Shown piece by piece: positions 24,506 to 32,000 of a stretch of DNA of 32,000 nt. A program made the position numbers and the translations under genes. The notes beneath the pieces are model-generated. The model did no database searches and was not told where the DNA came from. It worked only from the letters and a program-made list of their open reading frames with translations. This DNA is from Demequinaceae bacterium (GTDB taxonomy: Bacteria; Actinomycetota; Actinomycetes; Actinomycetales; Demequinaceae). Every line of letters begins with the position of its first letter. Positions within the stretch are counted from its first letter, which is position 1. The stretch is taken from the NCBI GenBank assembly GCA_965250005.1, contig OZ252279.1, forward strand, positions 1,350,001-1,382,000, in the 5' to 3' direction.

Positions 24506-25729
24506 CTAGGACAAATCGTGGAGCGACTTCCACGCGCGGTCGCCGTTGCGATCAGCAGTTTTCTTGATCCGCCGTCGCTCGGTCCATGACAATGTGGCTG
24601 CCTCTATCGCAACTGCGAGCAACTGCTCGCCGCCGCCACTTCCAAAAAAGGGGTACTCGCGTGGACTCGTAGCGCCCATCACACTCTGCACGCTCACGTT
24701 CTTGTGCGAATTCGACGCCATGAACACGCATGGCACTCCGAAGCCGAGCGAAAGAATCGATGGATGGTATCGCCCCGACACGAGCGCGCGAGCATGACGC
24801 AATGCCCCTAGGCCGACACGCAACGGAACGATTGGGGGAACATACGCTCGCCGGCCCAAATCTGCGATTTCGGATAGCCAAGTGTCGGTCCTGTCGGCAG
24901 CAATAAGCGCAACGCGGAACCCGCTCGATTCGAGCGCGTGTGCCAGCTGCGCCGCTTCCTCGTTGCGGGCCGCGCGGTCTTCGATTTTCCACGAGGATCC
25001 CGAAATCGCCACATACGCGCGACGATCAGCAAAGAACTTTCGCGAACGAAAATCGAGCCCCTCGCTAGAAGGCCCAAACGAAGCCAGGTCTTTGAGACTC
25101 GCGGCGTCAACGCGGCCCGCCCAGCCAAACAATGCATCTGCCGTAGCTGTAGCTGGGATGTCTCCGAAGAGTTTCTGGTGAAGCTCGAGGCTTTGCGGGT
25201 CGCGGTAGGTGATCGACTCGCATCTGGCGAGGATTCCGCGAACTGCTCTCTTGACGACGGGGAGCGGCTCGGGTTGACTCGGCGATAGGCTGAGATTCGA
25301 GTTGACGAGACGAACGGGTTTGGCGAGGAAGCGTGCCGTTTCCATCAGCATTATCGTTCGCGCGAGCGTCGTCCGATTGCTCGCGAGGATGAAGTCGCCC
25401 TCACCGTTCATCCAGAATTCGTCGCAGTTCTTCAACGTAGAGACAATGTGTCGCTCGTCAAAGGATCTCGGATTCAGTGCAAGTTTCTTGGCGCGTGCCC
25501 GCGCGTTCCCGAATCCAACGCGCGCACCTGGCTCACCGACAGTCGCAGATATAGCGCCCGGTTCAGTTTCGAACGGATTTGTATTGAAAACGCCATTGAG
25601 CGGCGACGCTAGCGCGCGACTCGGAGACGCGTCAACGATCTCGGCGAGCGCGAGACTTGTAGCCCGCCCGCCCCAATTGGGGGTCGCAGTACCGTCGTGA
25701 TACCTGCCAATGCATACTCGCGTCACCAC
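24506..25729 (-). CDS. polysaccharide pyruvyl transferase family protein
   Basis: 'PNWGGRATSLAL' near the N-terminus and the C-terminal 'VSGRYHPSILSLGFGVPCVFMASNSHKN' resemble the conserved PS_pyruv_trans motifs (N-x-G-D/E-type and R-x-H...G-x-P). Confidence 0.65.
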   Translation of the reverse strand: MVTRVCIGRYHDGTATPNWGGRATSLALAEIVDASPSRALASPLNGVFNTNPFETEPGAISATVGEPGARVGFGNARARAKKLALNPRSFDERHIVSTLKNCDEFWMNGEGDFILASNRTTLARTIMLMETARFLAKPVRLVNSNLSLSPSQPEPLPVVKRAVRGILARCESITYRDPQSLELHQKLFGDIPATATADALFGWAGRVDAASLKDLASFGPSSEGLDFRSRKFFADRRAYVAISGSSWKIEDRAARNEEAAQLAHALESSGFRVALIAADRTDTWLSEIADLGRRAYVPPIVPLRVGLGALRHARALVSGRYHPSILSLGFGVPCVFMASNSHKNVSVQSVMGATSPREYPFFGSGGGEQLLAVAIEAATLSWTERRRIKKTADRNGDRAWKSLHDLS

Positions 25730-25811
25730 CTTGGAATTCTACCCACCTACACCAGCCGTCTGGAGCCAACTTTGAACCAGGCGCGGTCGAGGCGCGCAAA
25801 TTGCCCACGTG

Positions 25812-27053
25812 TCACCGTGCTGAGTCGCGCGACTTGACGCGGCGGAGCGAGTGAGCGACCCTGCGCGCCGCTACTGCCACCGGACGAAGAACTCGTGCGT
25901 GCGCCCTGCGCCACGCGCTGTCCGCATCCCCGAGCGCTCCCGCGCGCTCCTGCAGTCGCCAGATGGTGCGAATCGGCCCGTGCGAGTCGCGTGGGGCGGC
26001 TGCAAGACCGTTGTCGCGCCGCACTCTCAGTGCTTCTCTCAACTGGTCGATCCAGTCATTCTCCGCCATGCCGTGAAAGTAGTTATCCGCCAGCCACTGC
26101 TCACGAGCCTTCGGAAATTCAAGATCCTTGAGTTGGTCAAGCGTTCCAAGGAATCCGCTTCGATCGAAGACCTCGTTGAGGTTTTCGACGCCTACACCGA
26201 AGTCGATGAGACATAGAACGGGCACGCCAGCTGCATGCGCTTCAAGCGCAGCCGTGGAGCTCACCGTCGCGAAGCCTCTCGCTCCGTGAAGGTAAGTTGC
26301 CAAAGCACCCTGCCGGAACACGAGGTTTCTTGGAAGAGGTGACGCGCGCTCTTCAGCCAGCACTGAGTACGGCCAGCGCTCGGCATGTGTTTGGGCTTCC
26401 CCCACTGCCCCACGCAATTTCACGACGAACTCGGTTTCCGGGTGGCGATCCGCGGCGAGGGCCAGTGTTTCGAGCACCCTGACACGGTCTCCCTTGGCGC
26501 GTGGCACCAAAGCCTGGGGAGCGAAGACCACGCGCCCGCCGGACTCCCTTCCCGTGCCACGCACTTCTCCCAAAAGGGACGCCAGGCCGACGCGGTCGAG
26601 CCGCCCAACCGGCAATTCCGCGCGAACCGCGGCGGCCTCTCGTCGACTATGTACGATCACGAGATCCGCTACACGCCGATACTTCAAGCCCTTGGCGGTA
26701 GGAGGCATCCAGATGCCCGGGATGCCCGCAACGATCACCGGTCGTAGCCGATGGTCTGGAATTGCCTCGCGCACGATGAGCGCGAGCAGCGGGCCGCGGC
26801 ACGCCAAAACCACAGCGTCAGGCGCCGCTGAAGCGAACATGCGGCGGAGGCCTATCCATGAGGCGCTCTCAACGTCGATTTGGTGACCGTGAACCGCCGC
26901 CTCGACCTGGGCTATGCTCGGCGTCACGGCGCTCGCCACCAGAATGCAACGAACGCGGAAGCCCGCGGCCCTCAAATCCCCGACACGCGCGGCGGCCCAT
27001 TTCAAGTAGGAGTCAGAGTCCGCAACAACAAGTACTTCGCCTGCATCCGCCAC
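25812..27053 (-). CDS. uncharacterised protein with a GT-B/Rossmann-like C-terminal half (family unassigned)
   Basis: 413-aa ORF with coding-like composition. 'GFATVSSTAALEAHAAGVPVLCLIDFG' resembles the C-terminal nucleotide-sugar-binding helix region of GT-B enzymes. GTG start 27053 has a weak SD. Confidence 0.6.
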   Translation of the reverse strand: MADAGEVLVVADSDSYLKWAAARVGDLRAAGFRVRCILVASAVTPSIAQVEAAVHGHQIDVESASWIGLRRMFASAAPDAVVLACRGPLLALIVREAIPDHRLRPVIVAGIPGIWMPPTAKGLKYRRVADLVIVHSRREAAAVRAELPVGRLDRVGLASLLGEVRGTGRESGGRVVFAPQALVPRAKGDRVRVLETLALAADRHPETEFVVKLRGAVGEAQTHAERWPYSVLAEERASPLPRNLVFRQGALATYLHGARGFATVSSTAALEAHAAGVPVLCLIDFGVGVENLNEVFDRSGFLGTLDQLKDLEFPKAREQWLADNYFHGMAENDWIDQLREALRVRRDNGLAAAPRDSHGPIRTIWRLQERAGALGDADSAWRRAHARVLRPVAVAARRVAHSLRRVKSRDSAR

Positions 27054-27221
27054 GGGATCAACTTACCGCGCGAAAGGCGCATCGCATGCATTTCGCTTGA
27101 CCTGCGTTGACCTTCAGCCCTCACGCCCAGTCTGGCTCCCCAATCTGCGAACTCTTCAGGAAAACTCTCGATACTTCCAATTCGGAGTGAGAACCAGACC
27201 CACGACGGTTCACCCGGCCGC

Positions 27222-29330
27222 CTAATCGAGCGCTCCGGCGCTTGTTAGCGCCTCATGCAAGTATGGAGCGAGCGTCGACGCAAACGTCCGGGTGAGATGG
27301 CTGCTGGTGTCCCGATAAACAACGACAGAGCCAATGACGCTCGGACACCAGTCATCCACGCACATCAATCCATTCAGATCTACCGCGAATGCGCCATCCA
27401 CGCGTTCAGTCGCAGGTGTCAAATAGTCTGGACGGGAGAGCGCGCCAGCAGGACTGCGTCCACAATCACCTGCAAGTCCATCACTATTCGCGACGCATTC
27501 AATGTCTTCCTTGCGCACCTGTGGGCTATCGAGAATGACCGCCACGGACGTTCCTCGCGCAGTAAGCGCTGCATACCGCCGCGCGAACCCATCCACCGCG
27601 ACCTCCGCCGAAGGTTCACCGTCATCATCAAGGAACTGGTGATTTGCGATTGCGGATGTCACCACGACATTTGGCGGGTCATGCAACGACAACCACACCA
27701 TGACGTCGTCATTCCACTGCGCGCAACTCGGCCCGTATTCCTCGCTCTTGTTCCGATTCGCTGCAGAGGTAAAACCACACGCAGCCTTGTACAGGACCGT
27801 CAAGCGCCATCCGTGTTCGTCCGCCAGCGCCTCGAGAGTGGGGGCCCACTGAACTGCGTGCGAGTCTCCCACCAGCACGACCCAGAAGTCTGAGTCAGTA
27901 TCACCAAGCTCACACGGTTTCACTTCCGCGCGCGTGGGTTCAGTGCGGCACTCGTCGCGAAACGCCTCCGGTATGTCGACCCCGACGGCAGCACGCGGCG
28001 GACTGACCGACTCCCACTCGACGGTTGCACAAACATCCCGCAGGGCAGGATCAAGGCTTGGCGCACCAAAACACATGGCTTCAAGCCCATCTCCAATTAC
28101 CTCTGCGTGCGCTAGAACCGCGTTCCGCTGAGAATTGACATACATCCACCCGGCGCCCGCGAGAACCCCCACACTCGCCATGCCAGCCAACGCGGCCACA
28201 TAAACCGGCCATACCCTGGTTTCTTCACGCCGCCTGGAGTGGCGAAACCGATCTTCAACGAGAACTCTTGTCGCCCCCGCAACAAGAACTGTCGCGGACA
28301 TGATCGCAATCTTGTCACCAAACTGGAGGTCACGATTCGACACAAACGGAACTAGGACAATTAGGGGCCAATGCCACAAATAGATACTGTACGAGGCGTC
28401 ACCGACCCATTGCACCGCGCGATTCCGATACACGCGATCTGGGGAATATGCGCCTGTTGGATCGAGCGCAGCGATGACCATGAGGGCTCCGGCCACAGGC
28501 AACGCCGCGGCCACGCCAGGAAACGGCGTGCCTGAGGTGAACCACACGCTCGACGCAAGAATCGTCGCGAGGCCCACCCACGATACAAGAACGGCTGTCT
28601 TTGGCCCGAACTGCCTCTGAGAGAGGCCGATAGCAAGAATGCCTCCCGCGGCGAATTCCCATGCGCGCGTGAATGGCGAGAAATAGGCAAGGGCGGGTGA
28701 GGTTGCAGTCAAATAGACGCTATAGCTGAAAGAAAGGGCGACAACGCCAACTAGTAAGATGGTCGGCCCGTGCAATGCCGTTGCCCGAGAGATGCGCCGC
28801 GTTGCGAACGCTGCGAACACGAGCAATAGAGGCCATGCGAGATAGAATTGCTCCTCTACAGCCAGCGACCAGAAATGTTGAACAGGTGAAGACAAGTTGT
28901 CAGCGGCGAGATAGTCAACAGCGGCGCCAGCGAGGAGCCAGTTTTCGTAGTACGCGCCCGCCGCGAGAAACTCTTCCATGAACTGTCGCCAATAAGCCTG
29001 TGGAACGACGAGCAGTGCTAAGGCAGTCGACGAAAGCACCGTGAGCAATGACGCCGGAACGAGTCGACGTATACGTCGCGCCCAGAAGCGCGAGAATCGA
29101 ATTGTCCCGGTCTGAGTTTGCTCGCGCAGGAGGTGTGCGCTGATCAAGTACCCAGAAATTACGAAGAAGACGTCCACGCCAATGTACCCTCCCGGCAACC
29201 TGGCGGGCCAAAGGTGGTACAGAACAACGAGAATCACGGCGAGGGCTCGCAACGCCTGCACGTTGACGAGCTGGCGAGTCGCCGACGGATCGACAAACGC
29301 TGTAGTACCTCGCGGGAGTTGAGTACTCAA
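27222..29330 (-). CDS. acyltransferase family 3 (OafA/YrhL-like) membrane O-acyltransferase with C-terminal SGNH-like domain
   Basis: 'LRALAVILVVLYHLWP..GGYIGVDVFFVISGYLI' is the AT3 signature. About 10 TM segments are followed by a roughly 300-aa soluble C-terminus ('VVLVGDSHAVQW'). Confidence 0.88.
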   Translation of the reverse strand: MSTQLPRGTTAFVDPSATRQLVNVQALRALAVILVVLYHLWPARLPGGYIGVDVFFVISGYLISAHLLREQTQTGTIRFSRFWARRIRRLVPASLLTVLSSTALALLVVPQAYWRQFMEEFLAAGAYYENWLLAGAAVDYLAADNLSSPVQHFWSLAVEEQFYLAWPLLLVFAAFATRRISRATALHGPTILLVGVVALSFSYSVYLTATSPALAYFSPFTRAWEFAAGGILAIGLSQRQFGPKTAVLVSWVGLATILASSVWFTSGTPFPGVAAALPVAGALMVIAALDPTGAYSPDRVYRNRAVQWVGDASYSIYLWHWPLIVLVPFVSNRDLQFGDKIAIMSATVLVAGATRVLVEDRFRHSRRREETRVWPVYVAALAGMASVGVLAGAGWMYVNSQRNAVLAHAEVIGDGLEAMCFGAPSLDPALRDVCATVEWESVSPPRAAVGVDIPEAFRDECRTEPTRAEVKPCELGDTDSDFWVVLVGDSHAVQWAPTLEALADEHGWRLTVLYKAACGFTSAANRNKSEEYGPSCAQWNDDVMVWLSLHDPPNVVVTSAIANHQFLDDDGEPSAEVAVDGFARRYAALTARGTSVAVILDSPQVRKEDIECVANSDGLAGDCGRSPAGALSRPDYLTPATERVDGAFAVDLNGLMCVDDWCPSVIGSVVVYRDTSSHLTRTFASTLAPYLHEALTSAGALD

Positions 29331-29339
29331 GCGCCAAAC

Positions 29340-31685
29340 CTAGCTTCGCGTGCGTGCAGACTCGATCACATCGGCAATGCGCGAGTTTGCGGCATTGACC
29401 ACATTCCACAAGTCGCGCCTGGCTTCCACGACCTGCTGTTCATAGGTGTCCGGCGCTTCAATGATGCTCGCAACCAAAACCGACAGCCTGGCGCCGAACT
29501 CTGGGTCCGTAGCCTCGAGACCCCACTCCAGATGTCCAACGTCCTCAAGAAAATATCGCAGCTTTGCGTGCGAAATGACGCTGACGATCGGAGTCCCAAC
29601 CCCGAACGGAATCATTCCCGCGTGGCCACGCATACCCACCACGACCGCGGCGCGCTCAATCATGCCCAGCGCCTCCGACGGATCGATACCGTAGATGGGA
29701 TCTACCGGGAGGCGGACGTCGTGCATCCGACGCAGGTCGTACACAATGCGCTCATCAGTATTCGCGTGCGCGAGGCAGCGCACGTCTGCCTTGGTTTCAA
29801 ACGCTTCCACGAATTCCGCGAGCTGGGCGACGAAGTCTTCGTATAGCTCACCGAAACGAAGAGACGCGCGATCGAACGCAATATTCACGTACACCACTGG
29901 CTTGGCCAGGTCATTGCCTACAACGGCGGGACGGGCTGCCTGTAATGCATGGACCGTCGTCACGCACGGCAGAAACTCGATCTTTGCCGCAAGCTTTTTC
30001 CCAACAACCTTCTTGACCGCCTTGACGGAGCCATGGTTCCTCAGTCCAACGAAGGCTGCTTTCTGGACGAGCTTCGACACGGAGTCCTCGAACCGGACTC
30101 CGTAGAAGGACTGTCCCGGGAATAGGTTGAACCCCACGGTGTAGACGATGATCGGAATCTCGAGCGCGTCAAGCGCCGCATCAGTCACATTCCACTGCCA
30201 TCCGCTATTGCCATTCGGCGACGTGTCCGGCAAGAAAAGGCCGCCGCCACCTATCACGATCGCGTCGAGATTCTTGTTGGCCCAAAGTGCACGGTCCTCA
30301 TCAAAGATCTGATGCGCATGGATGGAGGACCAGCGGGCGTCGGGAACCACCGTCTCGATTGATGTCCGCACTGCGATGGGGAGCATCACGTCGCCGAAGT
30401 TGCCCTCGTCATCGACGTAGAAAGCTACGTGCCCTATCGCCGCGCCACTGCCTTCAGGCACGAGGCCATCGGTCAGGCGCGACTGCGCGATTCGCGAGAG
30501 CACTAGCCGCGCCTTCCGCTGAGTCGGGTCGCGCGTGAGCGCTGACAGAGCAGCTTCTTCAGCAGCATCGTAATCTCGATAAACCCACTGCAAGTCGGCC
30601 AGTCGCGAACGCGCTGCCGGGCCAATCTGACGCTGGTCCATTGCGAGAGTCAGCGCCAACTCCGCGTTAGCGCGCTTGGACAGCGCCTGTTGATTGGCGG
30701 CAAGAGCCACAAACGACGATCCAGAAACCACTTGGGCTGTCGCGACGTGCAAACGAAGTGCCGTTTCCGCTGTTGCGAAATCGCCATCACGACCGTACCG
30801 CCCCGATGCTGCACGCGGGTCGCCAAGATCCTCGTCGCGGAGCGATGCGAACGGAGCCGACATGTCCGCATAGAACTTCCGAATCCTCGATTTCTTGGGC
30901 GAAATCTCGAGGTAGCGCCTCCAGAACAGCGCCGGCGCGATGTCGTACTCGTGCCACTCGTCTTCCGCGGCAGCGTAACCCGCCTCGCCGCCGCTCCATG
31001 GCTTGGTGGAGCCCGTAAAGTGCAAGATCCGGGTGTCTGCTGGCGGCTTCTGCCCCAGCTTAACCGCGCGCTTGACGAAGTTGTACTTCTTGTCGAGTTT
31101 CTCGTACTCGCCGTCGAGAACCGCAGACAACACGCCCTGGTCATGCCGCTCAAGATCGTATTCGCCTGACAGCCCGATCTCATCCATCTTCGCCACGAAC
31201 TCGTCGCTCATGGACCTACGGTCAAAGGTCATGACCCCGCTGTTGATCCGCCAGCCGCCGCGACTCTCAAAGTGCTGCGGCACCGCTCCAAAGGCCACAT
31301 CAGTGTCGACCAACTCTTTGATGTCGCCAAGGACCACCATGTCAACGTCGAGCGTGACCAAGCGGTCATAGTCGCGCACTCTGAACGCCTCAAGGATGTA
31401 GTACGCCTTCACAACGAGGTAATTTGTCAGATCACCCTTCGAGTACTTCGAGTACTGAGAGCCATCAACGCGCCGAAATACGAAGTTCGGGTACAGCAAC
31501 GAAATCCGAGCAATCGACTCGGGCTTCAAGTCGTCATAGAAGATGATGAAGTCGTGATCAACCCACGGATTCGTGAGCAATAGGCTCTTGATCAATACCT
31601 CGAACCCTTCGAGGTAGTTGTTGTCGACGTAGGACGCGAAGGCTACAGACGGCGACGATTCCGGTTGTGCGACAGCGGGCTTCAT
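29340..31685 (-). CDS. fusion protein: N-terminal GT8 glycosyltransferase + helical (TPR-like) linker + C-terminal polysaccharide pyruvyl transferase domain
   Basis: GT8 motifs: 'VAFASYVDNNYLEG', DxD 'LDVDMVVLGD', 'NSGVMTF' and 'HFTGSTKPW'. C-terminal motifs: 'NFGDVMLP', 'DAIVIGGGGLF' and 'GMRGHAGMIPFGVGTPIVSV'. The start is chosen at ATG 31685, preceded by GGAGAC; the ORF track start at 31727 would overlap the upstream gene. Confidence 0.8.
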   Translation of the reverse strand: MKPAVAQPESSPSVAFASYVDNNYLEGFEVLIKSLLLTNPWVDHDFIIFYDDLKPESIARISLLYPNFVFRRVDGSQYSKYSKGDLTNYLVVKAYYILEAFRVRDYDRLVTLDVDMVVLGDIKELVDTDVAFGAVPQHFESRGGWRINSGVMTFDRRSMSDEFVAKMDEIGLSGEYDLERHDQGVLSAVLDGEYEKLDKKYNFVKRAVKLGQKPPADTRILHFTGSTKPWSGGEAGYAAAEDEWHEYDIAPALFWRRYLEISPKKSRIRKFYADMSAPFASLRDEDLGDPRAASGRYGRDGDFATAETALRLHVATAQVVSGSSFVALAANQQALSKRANAELALTLAMDQRQIGPAARSRLADLQWVYRDYDAAEEAALSALTRDPTQRKARLVLSRIAQSRLTDGLVPEGSGAAIGHVAFYVDDEGNFGDVMLPIAVRTSIETVVPDARWSSIHAHQIFDEDRALWANKNLDAIVIGGGGLFLPDTSPNGNSGWQWNVTDAALDALEIPIIVYTVGFNLFPGQSFYGVRFEDSVSKLVQKAAFVGLRNHGSVKAVKKVVGKKLAAKIEFLPCVTTVHALQAARPAVVGNDLAKPVVYVNIAFDRASLRFGELYEDFVAQLAEFVEAFETKADVRCLAHANTDERIVYDLRRMHDVRLPVDPIYGIDPSEALGMIERAAVVVGMRGHAGMIPFGVGTPIVSVISHAKLRYFLEDVGHLEWGLEATDPEFGARLSVLVASIIEAPDTYEQQVVEARRDLWNVVNAANSRIADVIESARTRS

Positions 31686-31701
31686 TGCGTCTCCAAGGCC
31701 T

Positions 31702-32000
31702 CTAGCGAAGTGAAAGAACGAGGTCACTGGTTTTGGTCGCGTTCGCCATTACCCAGTCACGCTCGGCGTTGTAGTCGTGTGCGGTGGCTACGGGTAGATG
31801 CATGGCAGAGTCAAGCCGGAAGGCTCCGGACGTGTTGAAGTCGAACCCGATGAGATCGATCGCAGTGCTAACGTCCAGCAAGTCGACGAGCCGAAGCAAA
31901 TTGAACCCCGACGTCGGCACGTCCACAAGGCTCGAATCGCCTACGAGGTCCTTACCTCGCACGGGCCAGCGCAGGGTCGCATCACCGATGAAACCCTGCG
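31702..32000 (-). CDS. C-terminal fragment of an unidentified protein (5' end beyond the window)
   Basis: The frame stays open from the stop at 31702 to the window edge; I checked codon by codon upstream of the GTG at 31962. It is on the same strand as the glycan cluster and 16 bp upstream of it. Confidence 0.5.
   Translation of the reverse strand, partial: QGFIGDATLRWPVRGKDLVGDSSLVDVPTSGFNLLRLVDLLDVSTAIDLIGFDFNTSGAFRLDSAMHLPVATAHDYNAERDWVMANATKTSDLVLSLR

Noticed and set aside
27054-27221. Direct repeat TTGACC-TGCG-TTGACC and a GCGAAA...TTTCGC hairpin in the 168-bp gap inside the glycan cluster.
   Set aside because: These are short motifs that could arise by chance. No supporting promoter geometry or second occurrence was found.

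Overview
High-GC, densely coding chromosomal segment that looks actinobacterial; a Micrococcales-type organism is my inference from gene content (MMPL, DUF4190/septum-formation, DivIVA-domain, CopD/CtaG fusion, BkdABC-like operon). No search tools were run. All family names come from motifs I could read in the supplied translations. I support about 30 protein genes, one tRNA-Gly(CCC), one decayed gene and several non-coding elements.

Left part (1-11.7 kb): two paralogous MDR oxidoreductases, a divergent LysR / class-V aminotransferase pair, an FKBP lipoprotein, a DUF4386 membrane protein, an MMPL transporter, an orphan lipoprotein and an aldose 1-epimerase. It also holds the best candidate for an uncharacterised system. 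A roughly 35% G+C island carrying TTGACA-type repeats precedes three tandem, translationally coupled paralogous 4-TM membrane protein genes and a terminal 75-aa XRE regulator (3697-5379).

Middle (11.7-20.7 kb): a cluster of DUF4190-type membrane proteins with different ectodomains and a DivIVA-domain protein. One paralog is broken by a frameshift plus an in-frame stop and ends 30 bp from the 3' end of tRNA-Gly (convergent). An identical 36-nt hairpin occurs twice, 710 bp apart. A 440-bp non-coding gap holds five DnaA-box-like 9-mers. The remaining genes are CopD/CtaG, a membrane protein with a Lys/Ala/Pro-rich tail, a DHA2-type MFS transporter and a small lipoprotein.

Right (20.8-32 kb): an E1alpha/E1beta/E2 2-oxoacid dehydrogenase operon preceded by two adjacent TTACG-N4-CGTAA palindromes. 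It is followed by a same-strand glycan-modification cluster: a pyruvyl transferase, an unassigned GT-B-like protein, an acyltransferase-3/SGNH protein and a GT8-helical-pyruvyltransferase fusion.

No CRISPR array, transposase, integrase or recognisable defence genes were seen.
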